Source of the DNA: Pseudomonadota bacterium
GTDB lineage: Bacteria; UBA10199; 2-02-FULL-44-16; JAAZCA01
Direction: 5' to 3'
NCBI GenBank assembly: GCA_043822785.1
Contig: JBDRBN010000019.1
Span: 1-47,678 of the forward strand
Length of the DNA: 47,678 nt
This document shows positions 17,093 through 27,558 of this stretch, in pieces (the stretch's first letter is position 1; every line of letters starts with the position of its first letter). The notes beneath the pieces were generated by a model, which saw only the letters and a list, made by a program, of their open reading frames with translations, did not search any database and was not told where the DNA came from. The translations under genes were made by a program, and so were the position numbers.

Positions 17093-18643
17093 CTAACCCT
17101 CAACCACAGCCATCTCCAAAATCCTATCCACCCTGAACACTCTTTCTTGGCTACGAAGTTTGCACGTGCCTAGTACACCGATAAATGGTTTGCCGGAATA
17201 CTCCATCTCACCTACCTCTAATGGCATAATAACCCTTTTGGACATCACGTCATTTGACTTAAGGTAGGTTATTGCCAGATGCGATCTGTTCTCAATGGCT
17301 TGCTCTATTACCTCTATCTTACGATCTAGAGGCATGCGTTTTTCAGAGAGATCATAATGATGCCCAGTCAGGAATTTTACAACGCGCCAATCCACACGCA
17401 CATGGTTTTTCTTTAGCTTGTTTTTGATCACAAGGCCTTCAAGCGAGCGCAAACGGCTAAGGGCTACATAGGCTTGGCCGCATGCGAATACACGGTCGAA
17501 ATCTATGACAGCGCGATCAAAGGTTTTTCCCTGGCTCTTGTGGATGGTTATCGCCCATGCGAGCATGAGCGGCAACTGCATGAATGAACCCACTGGTTGC
17601 GATACTATGGTCTTTTTCTTTGCATCGAGCTCAAAACGGAACATCTCCCATGTATGAAATTCAACCTCTTCTGTTGTGCCATCTGCTAGCTTCACATCTA
17701 CGAACTCGTCGTTCATTCCTACGACTTCGCCTATAGTGCCGTTTATCCATCTGCCGCGCGAGTCGTTGTTGAGCAACATGACCTGGGCCCCTACTTTGAG
17801 CCTAAGCCTTGGGTTTGCAGGAAATGATTTTTCGTCGAACTGCCCAAAGACCTCTGCGTTAAAATGGTGTGTTCGTCCTTTGAGTTCGGAAAGTTTTTTA
17901 TCATTTAACTCTGCTGCATTCTTATTGAGTGAGGTGAGGTAGATAGAACCATGTTCGGGCTTTGGATTTGCATCGTAATGTTTGTTCAGTGCTTCGATGT
18001 CTGCTACTTGAACAGTATTGTTTCTGATCGCATTGAGAATTTCGATAAAACGCTTGTCGCTTTGCCTATATATTTTTTCTAGCTCCAATATCTGCGTATC
18101 CATGCCGGAGTATACATGCGAGTCAAAGAAAAAGGGACTTTTATAGTGCTCCTGGAATATGCGGTTTTCGTGAGATGTGACTACCGGAGGCAATTGGTAC
18201 AGATCGCCTATCATTACAAGATTGGCTCCTCCAAAAGGAACACGCTTGCTGCCGCGCACGATTCGCATGAAGGCATCGACGCAGTCGAAAAGATCAGCGC
18301 GCACCATTGATATCTCGTCGATCACGAGCGTCTCTAGCTTGCAATAGATTTCAGCTTTTTTTAACTTGGCTATTTTTCTGGCGTTTCGCTGTGCCTTTTC
18401 AATGGTGATATCTGGCTTAAAGCCAAAAAAGGAGTGTATGGTCTGCCCGCCTATGTTGACTGCAGCAACTCCCGTGGGAGCTAGCACAACGATTTGCCTT
18501 TTAGTTGTTTCGCGAAAATATTGAAGGAGCGTTGATTTGCCGGTGCCAGCTTTGCCAGTGACAAATAAGTGCTTTGAGCCTTGTTCAATGATCTCAAGCG
18601 CCTTTGCAAACTGCTCGTTTATCTCTATTTTCGTGATGTCCAT
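17093..18643 (-). CDS. PIF1/RecD-like SF1B helicase with a C-terminal WYL domain
   Basis: GKAGTGKST, APTGVAA, IDEISM, GDLYQLPPV, WAITIHKSQG, YVALSR; WYL-type RVFRVDRI at the C-terminus. ATG at 18643 follows aaggagg. Confidence 0.9.
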   Translation of the reverse strand: MDITKIEINEQFAKALEIIEQGSKHLFVTGKAGTGKSTLLQYFRETTKRQIVVLAPTGVAAVNIGGQTIHSFFGFKPDITIEKAQRNARKIAKLKKAEIYCKLETLVIDEISMVRADLFDCVDAFMRIVRGSKRVPFGGANLVMIGDLYQLPPVVTSHENRIFQEHYKSPFFFDSHVYSGMDTQILELEKIYRQSDKRFIEILNAIRNNTVQVADIEALNKHYDANPKPEHGSIYLTSLNKNAAELNDKKLSELKGRTHHFNAEVFGQFDEKSFPANPRLRLKVGAQVMLLNNDSRGRWINGTIGEVVGMNDEFVDVKLADGTTEEVEFHTWEMFRFELDAKKKTIVSQPVGSFMQLPLMLAWAITIHKSQGKTFDRAVIDFDRVFACGQAYVALSRLRSLEGLVIKNKLKKNHVRVDWRVVKFLTGHHYDLSEKRMPLDRKIEVIEQAIENRSHLAITYLKSNDVMSKRVIMPLEVGEMEYSGKPFIGVLGTCKLRSQERVFRVDRILEMAVVEG

Positions 18644-18850
18644 GAGCCCCTCCTTGCTAGGATAAATCAGATCTTTGCGCAACGAGTATTAAAAAAAACA
18701 TATTTAGCGCTTCTTGATCAAAGTGCATCATTTCGCAGCAGGGTGTACAGAATTTGATCAGTGCATAAGCGTAAGTGTTCAAGATTTAATGACTGAGCAT
18801 GATGTAGGTAGGATACAGCAAGAAATGTGCCGAAATGTGTGCTTGCTCAA

Positions 18851-20188
18851 TCAGACTCCATCATACTCCCTGTAGATATGGACGGACGGGTGAAGCTTTA
18901 CAAATGCCTTCATCATCGCGTGCATAGGAGGGTCGTCTTCAGAAATCGTAACTTGCAAATTAATAGCACGTCCCCCTGAGTTAAGCGCATCCAAAAGTTG
19001 TTTGGTAAACTTTACTACACAGATGTGATAGATCCAATCTGTCAAGGCACGCTGAACTTTTGTTTCAATCGTATTGGCGTCCAATCTTTCTTTAGCAATG
19101 CTTGTAATCAGATAATTTTGCAGATCACGAAAGGATCGACTTCTCTTTTCATCGGCCTTCAGAAGTAATGCTTCAATGCCATTCCCCTGATATGCAAGCA
19201 CTACAGCTCTTTGTGCCTTATCGTAGGGAGCTGGAATTGCATCAGACATGCGTTTCCAAAGGTAATAATAATAAACTAATGAGTCCTTAAGTTCTTCAAG
19301 CAACTTATCAGCCTGCTGGTCTTTACCCCATTGCGCATAGGCAACCCTAAGTCCGTAGTCAGCTGGTTGTCCCTTTTTATCATCCGCAAATTCCTTGGCA
19401 ATTACCGCTTCAAGGTCTTTGACATTATATTTACTGCTAGTAAGCCCTGATTCAGCTATTAAAAGCTCACCAGCCCTGATGAAGGCAGACGACTCTAATT
19501 CAATTAAGGAGAGGGGCTTTGCCTGAACATCCCGATAAAAGTGATCGAGTTCGTGGATGATCGACGTCCTTGTAGCTATGGAATTGATATCGAGTTTAGT
19601 ATTAATATTGATGCAATTTTTTTCATAATCATAAGCGAGAAAGCTCTCTGCAAACTCAAAACCCTCAAGCTTTTGCCCTCTAACATCCTCTACTGTCAGC
19701 CCTCCATCTTTGATTTTTGCTAAGATCGTATCCACAAATGCCCTATCTCCATATTGCTTATAAGAAAAGATGGTACTAACTATGGCGAGGGCGTACGTTC
19801 TTTCTTGAGGGGTACTGGCCTTTATATGAGAGGCGAGCGCTTCGACCTCGGAGAAATTAATCTTCTTTTTGCTGCAAAATTTCAGGACATCAGGCAACGC
19901 GAGGTCTTTCGTTGATGACGCGCTTGCGGTTGTATGTGAACTTTGTGAAGTTGAAGAAACTTCGCGCTTATCAGATCTTTTGCATCCTGGGGTGGATGCA
20001 GCAAGTGCGCCGAGAAATAAAAGCATAGAGATCAAGGGTCGACCGTAGCGTATACTGCTTGGAGTCGTTGTGTTTTGATAAATTAGAGGATCTTGTGCAT
20101 TGCGCCCATGCACAAACATATTAGGTGTTGCAGCGAATGTGATGGGCACAACAGGTAGAGCGGGTGGTATAAAAGCTCTAGGGATCAT
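18851..20188 (-). CDS. Orphan protein with an HExxH metallopeptidase-like motif and a hydrophobic anchor
   Basis: LLFLGALAASTPGC segment; SIIHELDHF...ELESSAF. Confidence 0.55.
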   Translation of the reverse strand: MIPRAFIPPALPVVPITFAATPNMFVHGRNAQDPLIYQNTTTPSSIRYGRPLISMLLFLGALAASTPGCKRSDKREVSSTSQSSHTTASASSTKDLALPDVLKFCSKKKINFSEVEALASHIKASTPQERTYALAIVSTIFSYKQYGDRAFVDTILAKIKDGGLTVEDVRGQKLEGFEFAESFLAYDYEKNCININTKLDINSIATRTSIIHELDHFYRDVQAKPLSLIELESSAFIRAGELLIAESGLTSSKYNVKDLEAVIAKEFADDKKGQPADYGLRVAYAQWGKDQQADKLLEELKDSLVYYYYLWKRMSDAIPAPYDKAQRAVVLAYQGNGIEALLLKADEKRSRSFRDLQNYLITSIAKERLDANTIETKVQRALTDWIYHICVVKFTKQLLDALNSGGRAINLQVTISEDDPPMHAMMKAFVKLHPSVHIYREYDGV

Positions 20189-20269
20189 GCATGCCCTATA
20201 GCGTCGTATAACCTCAAAATCAATAAATATATTTGCTCCGTGACCGTTGGGTGTAGGATTCGTGTGTAT

Positions 20270-21682
20270 CTACTGTGCTGCAGTAAAGGTTCCGACCTCT
20301 GTGGTATTTTCTCCTCCACCTGCAACGTAGAGTTTATCTCCTAACATCGCTGAGCCTACGCTCTTGCGTTCCACAGTCATGGTATTTGTAAGCGTCTGCC
20401 ACTCGTTGGCCTCCACATCATACACGGCGATGTCCTTGAACTTGGTCGCGCTCATGTCGGTTGCACCGCCATAGACATAGATGTAGCGGCCTTGCCTTGC
20501 AACCGCGTGCTGACCAGAGAAATGCCGACCTGGGAGCGACATGTCTGCCCCGCGCGAAAAGGTATTTGTCTCGGTATCAAAGATCTGCACGAGCGTCTGC
20601 TGACAACCCTGAAACTCAGCGCACCCGGCGATCACATATACCTTCTTGCCCACAACTGCATAAGCGGAACTGCGCGTTGGGATGAACCGGCCTTCATAGT
20701 TCACCTCGCTCCATGATGTACCGTCAAAGACCTCAACCGAGGAGAGGTTTGTATCATTGGCATTGGGGTTCCATCCGCCGATGAGATAGATTCTCCCATC
20801 CACAACTCCTGATGCAGCAACATCCCTAGCATTGTTTATGGGTGTGCCTTGGGTCAGGGTGTTTTGGGCTGGGTCATAGACCCACGTATCCGTAGTGGCA
20901 CAGTTGTAAAAACCACCGCTAGGAACTTCGCACAGATTGCCGTCGTTCTTAAGTCCGCCGATGATATAGGCGTTGTCGCTTAGCACCTCGGTCGAAAACG
21001 TTTGCAAGAGGTCTATCGTGTTAGCCGGCGCAGTATAATAGAGGTCAAATTGTGTTGCGTTCAAATCATAGAACGTACCATTGCCAAGCCCCTGGATGAG
21101 ATAAGCGTTGCCTGTTGTGGCAAAACCCGCGCTGGCAGTGTTGTTTGAAAACGCAGCAAACGTAAGTTCCTCTGGTGCGGGATTCTGAAAAGCGTTTTCA
21201 CTGCCTACCGTCATGAATGCCGCCGCGGCTCCATCAAAGGCCGTGCCCGAGGAGAGCTCTATGGTGTCTAACAAGCAAACGCTGTACTGCATGTTGTATT
21301 TGAGCTCGGATGTGGGTGTAAGCGTGCAGGCAGTGGATGTTGGACAATCCACAGTGCCTGCTAGCGCGTATTGAGCATCACAGGTCTGCGCATCATAGGC
21401 GGCCTTGGCAGATGATGAAGCATTTTGTCCATTGCCAGGCTGGCCTTGGGGTGCTCCCTCTACAATAAAGAATGTCGAAGCTGTAACTGTTGCAGCAGTA
21501 ACTGCCTCTGAAAAAGTGTAGGCAAAGACTGCATTGCGTGCCACGCTCGTCGTGCCGTCAAGGTCGTTTACACTTACCGCGTCTGCAGGCACGCCTCCGC
21601 CAGAGCTGCCGCCCCCGCCGCATGATGAAAGTAGGATGATGCTGAACAGCAGGAAAGCGAACCAGCATAAATTATTTTTCAT
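20270..21682 (-). CDS. Lipoprotein with an Ig-like domain and a Kelch-repeat propeller
   Basis: Lipobox LSSC-GGGG; TFSEAV Ig-like domain; Kelch repeats IYLIGG, VYVIAG, IYVYGG, LYVAGG. Confidence 0.85.
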   Translation of the reverse strand: MKNNLCWFAFLLFSIILLSSCGGGGSSGGGVPADAVSVNDLDGTTSVARNAVFAYTFSEAVTAATVTASTFFIVEGAPQGQPGNGQNASSSAKAAYDAQTCDAQYALAGTVDCPTSTACTLTPTSELKYNMQYSVCLLDTIELSSGTAFDGAAAAFMTVGSENAFQNPAPEELTFAAFSNNTASAGFATTGNAYLIQGLGNGTFYDLNATQFDLYYTAPANTIDLLQTFSTEVLSDNAYIIGGLKNDGNLCEVPSGGFYNCATTDTWVYDPAQNTLTQGTPINNARDVAASGVVDGRIYLIGGWNPNANDTNLSSVEVFDGTSWSEVNYEGRFIPTRSSAYAVVGKKVYVIAGCAEFQGCQQTLVQIFDTETNTFSRGADMSLPGRHFSGQHAVARQGRYIYVYGGATDMSATKFKDIAVYDVEANEWQTLTNTMTVERKSVGSAMLGDKLYVAGGGENTTEVGTFTAAQ

Positions 21683-21700
21683 GTTTCCTATCTCCTATTC

Positions 21701-22834
21701 TTAATACACCCTCGTAAGTTCCGCATCCGGATAATAGAACTTGAGAATCTGTTCGTAGGTAAAACCTTCATCTGCCATGCCTTTGGCTCCCCACTGGCAC
21801 ATGCCCGCGCCGTGGCCATAACCGCGGCCCGTAAATACAATGTGCGATCCTTTTATATCAACATCAAACCACGTGCTCTTTATATTTGAAAAACCAAAGA
21901 TGCGGCGAAGCTCTGTTGCCTTAATTTTTTTCATACCCTCCTCATCAACCATGAGCAGCATCTTTGCGCGAGGCGAGTCAGATTCCAGCTCAGTGGAGAT
22001 GGCCAGCACATTTCCAATTTGTATTCCTTGTTTTTTAAGCTCTTCTACAAAGCGTGAGGTTGCAATTTGCCAGTTCCAGATCATCTTCGGTGAGTCCTTG
22101 CAGTATTTATCTACGATCTGTGGAGGGCCATCCTCGCCAGGCCATACGTTTTTAGCGTGCTCGGTAATACCGCCGCAGCAGCTGTGATAGTATGCAGGAA
22201 AGATGCTGCCGTTTCGCAAAAGCGCCATGCCCTCGGTCTCCTTGCATGCGGCGTATGCTCTAAAGTCTTCCTTATGCGTGCCTTCATAGACTTGAGAGAG
22301 AACAGTTGCGGTGACATCATAGTCCCCTCTTGCTGCGGCTTGTTTTTTTGCATCAGCATGATGCAATGCATATGTCCTTGCTGCGATTGCTTGCGCCTTC
22401 AAGGCGTCCATAGGCCATGTCGGATAGACTTCACTTCCGATGAGTCCTACCAAGTAGTCTTCGATGGGAAGGTGATTGACGATTAGAATGTTATCGCTAG
22501 ATTTCCATATGGCTTCTATGCTTCCACGAAAGGATCTATCTCCAATCCTGTAGCGTCTTGAAGTATTGGTAATCATCGCAGTAGTACCCACAGGTATGCT
22601 GTTCATTATGAGACCAGTATTTCCTGCAGAAATCCTGACTGTTCCTTTGGAAGCAAAACTTTCATCAGGCCGTTTTCCTTGAGGAAGCACATTGATTTTT
22701 TCAGAATATCCATCGATCAAAACGCTTTTATCGCTAGTTACCAAGACCCGCACTTCAGGAGGTGGCAGAGCGCTTGCTTGTAATGATATGGCGATTATGA
22801 TTGCAAAAACTGCTGTAAAAAGGGCTTTTTTCAT
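21701..22834 (-). CDS. SpoIID/LytB domain protein (peptidoglycan lytic transglycosylase-like)
   Basis: VNHLPIEDYLVG, ALKAQAIAARTYA, QVY, YHSCCGG, GRGYGHGAGMCQWGA, ILKFYYP. Confidence 0.93.
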   Translation of the reverse strand: MKKALFTAVFAIIIAISLQASALPPPEVRVLVTSDKSVLIDGYSEKINVLPQGKRPDESFASKGTVRISAGNTGLIMNSIPVGTTAMITNTSRRYRIGDRSFRGSIEAIWKSSDNILIVNHLPIEDYLVGLIGSEVYPTWPMDALKAQAIAARTYALHHADAKKQAAARGDYDVTATVLSQVYEGTHKEDFRAYAACKETEGMALLRNGSIFPAYYHSCCGGITEHAKNVWPGEDGPPQIVDKYCKDSPKMIWNWQIATSRFVEELKKQGIQIGNVLAISTELESDSPRAKMLLMVDEEGMKKIKATELRRIFGFSNIKSTWFDVDIKGSHIVFTGRGYGHGAGMCQWGAKGMADEGFTYEQILKFYYPDAELTRVY

Positions 22835-22921
22835 AATGATACCTAATATGTGCTATTTGGTTCCTTTGCGTCAATAGAATAACACATTGATATAGAAAGG
22901 GATTTTGGCGAAAAAAGCTTA

Positions 22922-22948
22922 GCAACAAATTTTGCAAAGCGCCGATAA
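22922..22948 (+). promoter_or_regulatory. Putative sigma28-like promoter GCAAC-N14-GCCGATAA
   Basis: Perfect GCCGATAA -10 box upstream of the diguanylate cyclase gene. Confidence 0.6.
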
Positions 22949-22988
22949 GGTAATTGAGGTAGATAGACTGCCTGTAAGAGGGGGTATT

Positions 22989-24587
22989 TTGCAACATAGT
23001 ATTGCCAGAAAAAAGGGCTTTGCCCTTTCCGTTCCTATAAAGGTAGTGCTGCTTACAGGGGCTGCATATCTTTTGACCTGGTGTGCGGACGTGAGTCTTA
23101 AGACCTATGGCATTTTGGATTTTTCTGCTAATTTCTTTGGCATAAGCGCTGCGCATATATTCACTGCATTCAGAATCATATTCGTCGCATCTGCTGCTAC
23201 CTTAGCAACCCACCACTTTCTTGAAAAACCTCTATTTTCTCTGCGCCGAGCTATGTCGCGTGCGGAGAGCGGAGATTTTTTGATTCGTGCGCCGATTTTA
23301 GCAGAAGATGAATTAGGTGATCTGTCGCGATCGTTTAACAGGATGCTAACAAAACTTACGGATCTTTCAGCAGACAACATACAGAGCGAACATGACGGAA
23401 TCATGCTTCAAGAGCATGAGCGGCTGCGCCAAAACCTAGAGGAAAAAAGTGCAATCATCGAGCGCACAAATCGAACGCTCGAACAACTGGTCAAGGATCT
23501 TTCGCTCATCTATGAAATTGGGCAAGAAGTAAACTCCAGCATCGATCTTGATAATCTCTATGCCACGATAGCAGAGACGCACAAAAAATACCTCCGCATA
23601 TACGAGTTTGCGCTTTTCATCTTGGACCAGAGGACCGATGAGCTACACGTTAAGGCAGCGTTTGGGTTTGTAAACTCGGATGCCATATCGCACATGGTAT
23701 TCAGAAAGGGCGAGGGCATTACGGGCTTGGCTGCGGAGACAGGTAAGAAGATCTACATAAAGGACACAAGTCGCGAGACACGTTTTCTAAACTATAAGGG
23801 TGAACGACCTCCAGAAGCTTCATCGTTTCTCTCCATACCTTTGGTCTACAAGGAAGAGGTGCTAGGTGTCATGAACTTTGGACGCCGCGGCGTAGGAAGT
23901 TTTACCTACCAAGATGTCAAGATGCTCTCGCTCATAGCGGGTCAGGTTGTTTTGGCCATTGCCAATGCTAGGCTCTACACGCGCATGCGCGAGCTTTCAG
24001 TAAAAGATGAGCTTACCGGCATCAACAACCGCCGCCACTTTCAAAACATGCTTCAGATGGAGTGGAAGAGGGCATTGCGCTTTCACAGGGATCTGTCGCT
24101 CATCATGGTCGATGTGGATTACTTCAAGCCATACAACGATGCGTTTGGACATGTGCAAGGGGATCAGGTCTTAAAGCAGATCGGTGGCCTCTTGCGCAAG
24201 AACTTGCGCGAGGTGGATACCGTGGCCCGCTTTGGTGGCGAAGAGTTTGTGCTTCTCCTTCCTGATACGGATAAGAGGGGTGCCATTGCTGTGGCAGAGA
24301 AGGTAAGGCTTTTGGTCGAGGGCCACCGCTTTATGACCGAGGACAGGAAGGACACGCGCTCCATAACAATATCTGCAGGGATCGCTTCATATCCCGATGA
24401 TGTTGAACAGATGGATGATCTCCTCGATCATGCAGATATTGCACTATACAAGGCAAAAGAATTAGGTCGCAATAGAATTCGATGCTATAAATCGCCGGTC
24501 AAAGAAGAAGAGAAGGTGCCAGAAGAAGTAGCTGAAGAGGCTGCACATCCAGAGCTTGAACCGCAAAAACCAGAGACACTTCAGTAA
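22989..24587 (+). CDS. Membrane-bound HAMP-GAF-GGDEF diguanylate cyclase
   Basis: Two TM segments, HAMP (DELGDLSRSFNRM), GAF, DELTG, DVDYFKPYND, RxxD I-site (REVD) and GGEEF. Start uncertain: TTG at 22989 after gagggg versus 22932 in the ORF track. Confidence 0.92.
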   Translation: MQHSIARKKGFALSVPIKVVLLTGAAYLLTWCADVSLKTYGILDFSANFFGISAAHIFTAFRIIFVASAATLATHHFLEKPLFSLRRAMSRAESGDFLIRAPILAEDELGDLSRSFNRMLTKLTDLSADNIQSEHDGIMLQEHERLRQNLEEKSAIIERTNRTLEQLVKDLSLIYEIGQEVNSSIDLDNLYATIAETHKKYLRIYEFALFILDQRTDELHVKAAFGFVNSDAISHMVFRKGEGITGLAAETGKKIYIKDTSRETRFLNYKGERPPEASSFLSIPLVYKEEVLGVMNFGRRGVGSFTYQDVKMLSLIAGQVVLAIANARLYTRMRELSVKDELTGINNRRHFQNMLQMEWKRALRFHRDLSLIMVDVDYFKPYNDAFGHVQGDQVLKQIGGLLRKNLREVDTVARFGGEEFVLLLPDTDKRGAIAVAEKVRLLVEGHRFMTEDRKDTRSITISAGIASYPDDVEQMDDLLDHADIALYKAKELGRNRIRCYKSPVKEEEKVPEEVAEEAAHPELEPQKPETLQ

Positions 24588-24592
24588 ACCCA

Positions 24593-27418
24593 TCACATGA
24601 CCGAAATCGACTCGATCTGATTTTCCAAAGAGAGAAGCTCTTTTTTCAGCTCGCGATTTATCATGCCTAACAGATCTCCTTCATCCTTTGCTGCGCCGAT
24701 ATGTTTTAAGGATTGTGACGAAGAGAGCATGGATATCAATGCCAGCTGAACCAGGCGCGGATCTTCGCGCGACTGAATGCTGTGATTATAGAAATTGTTG
24801 ACCATGGTTTTGATACGGGGGATGGCTAAGAGACGTTCAAAACTCCTACTGCCTACAACCTGCGCCCACACGCCATCTGCTGAGACGCCGTTGGATTTCA
24901 TCGAGATTATTTCATTCTGAATGGAACAAATGCGATTCTGAATTTCCTGAAGGAGCAAAGGCTTTTCGCTATGAGCTTCGTTGCTGTAGATGCTATGAAA
25001 ACGCTTGCTCATATACTCTTCATAGATCTTCATTACATTGAGTTCGTTTACGGCAACTTCAGCATCTATTCCTTCTGGAAGATTGTTTTCTTTTATCATC
25101 TGCTCTATTTCTACAATGCCTGTTTTTAGCAAGTCGATGTGCTGCGCAAGTATGTGCTCGCTGATTTTAAGCAGAGATTCCATGCGGCCTTTATGGGCAG
25201 AGAGCTTCGAGCCCTCTTTGGAGAGCATGTGGCGAACCTTAATCAGGGCATCGATGTTCTTCGGATCAAGCTCCAGGGCAGTGATCACCTGTATACATGC
25301 GCTCTCGGTGTAGCCTTCGTCAATGCTCTGCGAGGCTGCTTCATCCAGAGACATTGACTGGTGGATGTCGCTGTTCTTATTTATGGTATCAACGTCCCAG
25401 CATAATTTCCACGAGCAGCTTTTTTTCCCTGCCTTTATTATAATTGCTGGGTATCCCAGGGCCTTGAGACGCCCGTTGATCTTTGACGCCATTGTTTCAA
25501 AGAGGCGTTTTGGGTGCGATTGAATTTTATTTAGCTCCCACCCAAACAGGGGATAGCCCCATAGGCAGTGAACCTCTGTGACTCCAACACATGCTTGTCT
25601 GGCAAGATATTCGATAAGCCTTTTTGCTTGGCGATTGTTTTCAAAGTGAACTTCATGTGCATCGATATAAAGCGAGCCAGCGCTGTTTACAGAAAATGGA
25701 CCAACTTGCTTGACATCCTCGGCACTTAAGCGATCGGCCTTCTCCTTTAGTTTTGCGAGTTCTTTACTGAGCAGCGAAAGCTTTTCAGTTTGTTCCTCTC
25801 TGCGCCTCTCCAGGATAAGCGCTTTTCCTTCGAGCAGCGCGCGTTCAGCCTGGATGCGCTTAAGCTCAAGCGACTTTTGTTCAAATTGTTTGCGCGTCTT
25901 CTTAAAGCGCCTTCTCCACCAGATTATGGAACCGCTCCCCAATAGCCCTGCTATTCCTAAGGCGAGGGCGCCTGTTGGAGCGTAGCGCTTAGCTAGCGAG
26001 TATATGAGCTTTGTTTTCAAAGCAGATGCTGCGTTGTGGGCGGTCTCTCTAAGAGTTTCATCCGAAACCACCTGCGAGATGTCGCGCCAGATGTGCCAGA
26101 TGTGGGTTCGGATGAGTTCGTTCTCCACAACGCTTCCCCATTCGGGAATGCTGGGATATGAGCGCCCATTTTCGAGCGCTTTTTTGAAGATATCCGTTCC
26201 TTCTTTGTCGAAAAAGTTTTGAAGAGCCGCCCGATTTGCCGGCAGAAAACCCGTGGACTCGACATACGCCTTTTGTGCGTCTGGTGATGTAAAATGACGG
26301 ATGAGCGCTACCGCGCGCTCGAAGTTGCCGTGCGCAATGCTCGCCTTTGAAATAGCCAGGTGCGAACCACCTACAAACGGAAAACTACCCTCTGGCCCTG
26401 CAGGCGGAAGCGCTACGCCGTAGCTCTTTTGCCAATCGTCTCCCAACCGTTTTATGATCCAAGGGCCAGTGATGATAGCCGCATACTCCCCATTGATGAA
26501 TTTTTGGTCAGTCATCTCCTGCGTTGTGCGCGGAAAATCAAGGCAGCCAAATTCAGCCAAGTTCTTAAGATACTTTATGGCATGGAACGAAGAAGGGGAG
26601 TCCAGGATAACTCTGTGAGCATGAATGCCGCCAAACTGCGTGGGCTCAAGTATTCCGCCTCCGTTTGCGCAGAGCCACGGGGCCAGATCGTGTAAAAGAT
26701 TCCACGTAATTGTGATCGGAATACCGAGAAGTCGCCTATCTTTAGATTTAGCAAACGTTTGGCATGTTGATGAAAGAGCTTCCCAATTAGCAACCTGTGA
26801 AGCGGAGCTTATCATGTCTTTGTGATAATATAGCAGCCTTGCATCTACAAACCACGGGACAGCGAACAGTCGTTCTGTTCCAAAGACCTTGGCGCTTTGG
26901 ATGGATGGTGGAAAAAAATCCTCCTCGATGAATTGGTCGGTCAGATCAACTAGAGTGCCCATGTCGGCAAACGAAGCAACCCACGTGGATCCGATTTGCA
27001 CAATATCTGGAACGCTCAATATGTCATTTGAGGTAAGAGCATTTGATATGCGATTGAATGCATCTTCCCAACGAATGAATTCAATTGCTATTGGTTCATG
27101 GCTTCCCTGTGCACGTCTGAAGATGGCAAGCTCTTCCAATATTTGATTATGGCCTACTATGTAACCGGCTAAAGGATTTTCGGTTTCAGCTGGCAATGAG
27201 AGATTGGTCACGCTGTTTTCAATGATGATTCCCTTGTCCTCGCGCCAGGCTTTAACGGCTTCTTGAATTTGTGCGTTTGTTATGGGCCCCTTTATGAAGA
27301 CCGGCTCATTTTGCATGACCCAGATTCTAAGCGGCTGTGCATGTGCAATTGCGGCATGAAGGACAACCAAATTCGAGATAAGTGCAATTAGAATATTAGT
27401 TAACAATCCAAAGCGCAT
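24593..27418 (-). CDS. Extracellular sugar-type solute-binding protein fused through a TM helix and coiled coil to a putative winged-helix/TPR cytoplasmic region
   Basis: Signal peptide; PDIVQIGSTWV, VPWFVDARLLYY, FVGGSHL; TM GALALGIAGLLGSGSIIWWRRR; later RQAKRLIEYLA..MASKINGRL and ALELDPKNIDAL. Confidence 0.75.
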   Translation of the reverse strand: MRFGLLTNILIALISNLVVLHAAIAHAQPLRIWVMQNEPVFIKGPITNAQIQEAVKAWREDKGIIIENSVTNLSLPAETENPLAGYIVGHNQILEELAIFRRAQGSHEPIAIEFIRWEDAFNRISNALTSNDILSVPDIVQIGSTWVASFADMGTLVDLTDQFIEEDFFPPSIQSAKVFGTERLFAVPWFVDARLLYYHKDMISSASQVANWEALSSTCQTFAKSKDRRLLGIPITITWNLLHDLAPWLCANGGGILEPTQFGGIHAHRVILDSPSSFHAIKYLKNLAEFGCLDFPRTTQEMTDQKFINGEYAAIITGPWIIKRLGDDWQKSYGVALPPAGPEGSFPFVGGSHLAISKASIAHGNFERAVALIRHFTSPDAQKAYVESTGFLPANRAALQNFFDKEGTDIFKKALENGRSYPSIPEWGSVVENELIRTHIWHIWRDISQVVSDETLRETAHNAASALKTKLIYSLAKRYAPTGALALGIAGLLGSGSIIWWRRRFKKTRKQFEQKSLELKRIQAERALLEGKALILERRREEQTEKLSLLSKELAKLKEKADRLSAEDVKQVGPFSVNSAGSLYIDAHEVHFENNRQAKRLIEYLARQACVGVTEVHCLWGYPLFGWELNKIQSHPKRLFETMASKINGRLKALGYPAIIIKAGKKSCSWKLCWDVDTINKNSDIHQSMSLDEAASQSIDEGYTESACIQVITALELDPKNIDALIKVRHMLSKEGSKLSAHKGRMESLLKISEHILAQHIDLLKTGIVEIEQMIKENNLPEGIDAEVAVNELNVMKIYEEYMSKRFHSIYSNEAHSEKPLLLQEIQNRICSIQNEIISMKSNGVSADGVWAQVVGSRSFERLLAIPRIKTMVNNFYNHSIQSREDPRLVQLALISMLSSSQSLKHIGAAKDEGDLLGMINRELKKELLSLENQIESISVM

Positions 27419-27469
27419 AGTTCCTCATATAGTTCAGATAAGTCTCTATGTACAGGCGATCACACCTAT

Positions 27470-27496
27470 TTATCGTTTGCCAGCCCTAAAAGGTGC
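27470..27496 (-). promoter_or_regulatory. Putative variant sigma28-like promoter GCACC-N14-AACGATAA
   Basis: Same spacing as the other copies, upstream of ORF ending at 27418. Confidence 0.4.
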
Positions 27497-27558
27497 TAGA
27501 AATCATTCGCTTATATTTCAATAGGATAGCTCTTCACTTTCAAGTGTAGCGCATAAGG

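Noticed and set aside
21701..22834. SpoIID plus SPL-like genes as evidence of sporulation
   Set aside because: Both families are common in non-sporulating Gram-negative bacteria; no other sporulation genes seen.
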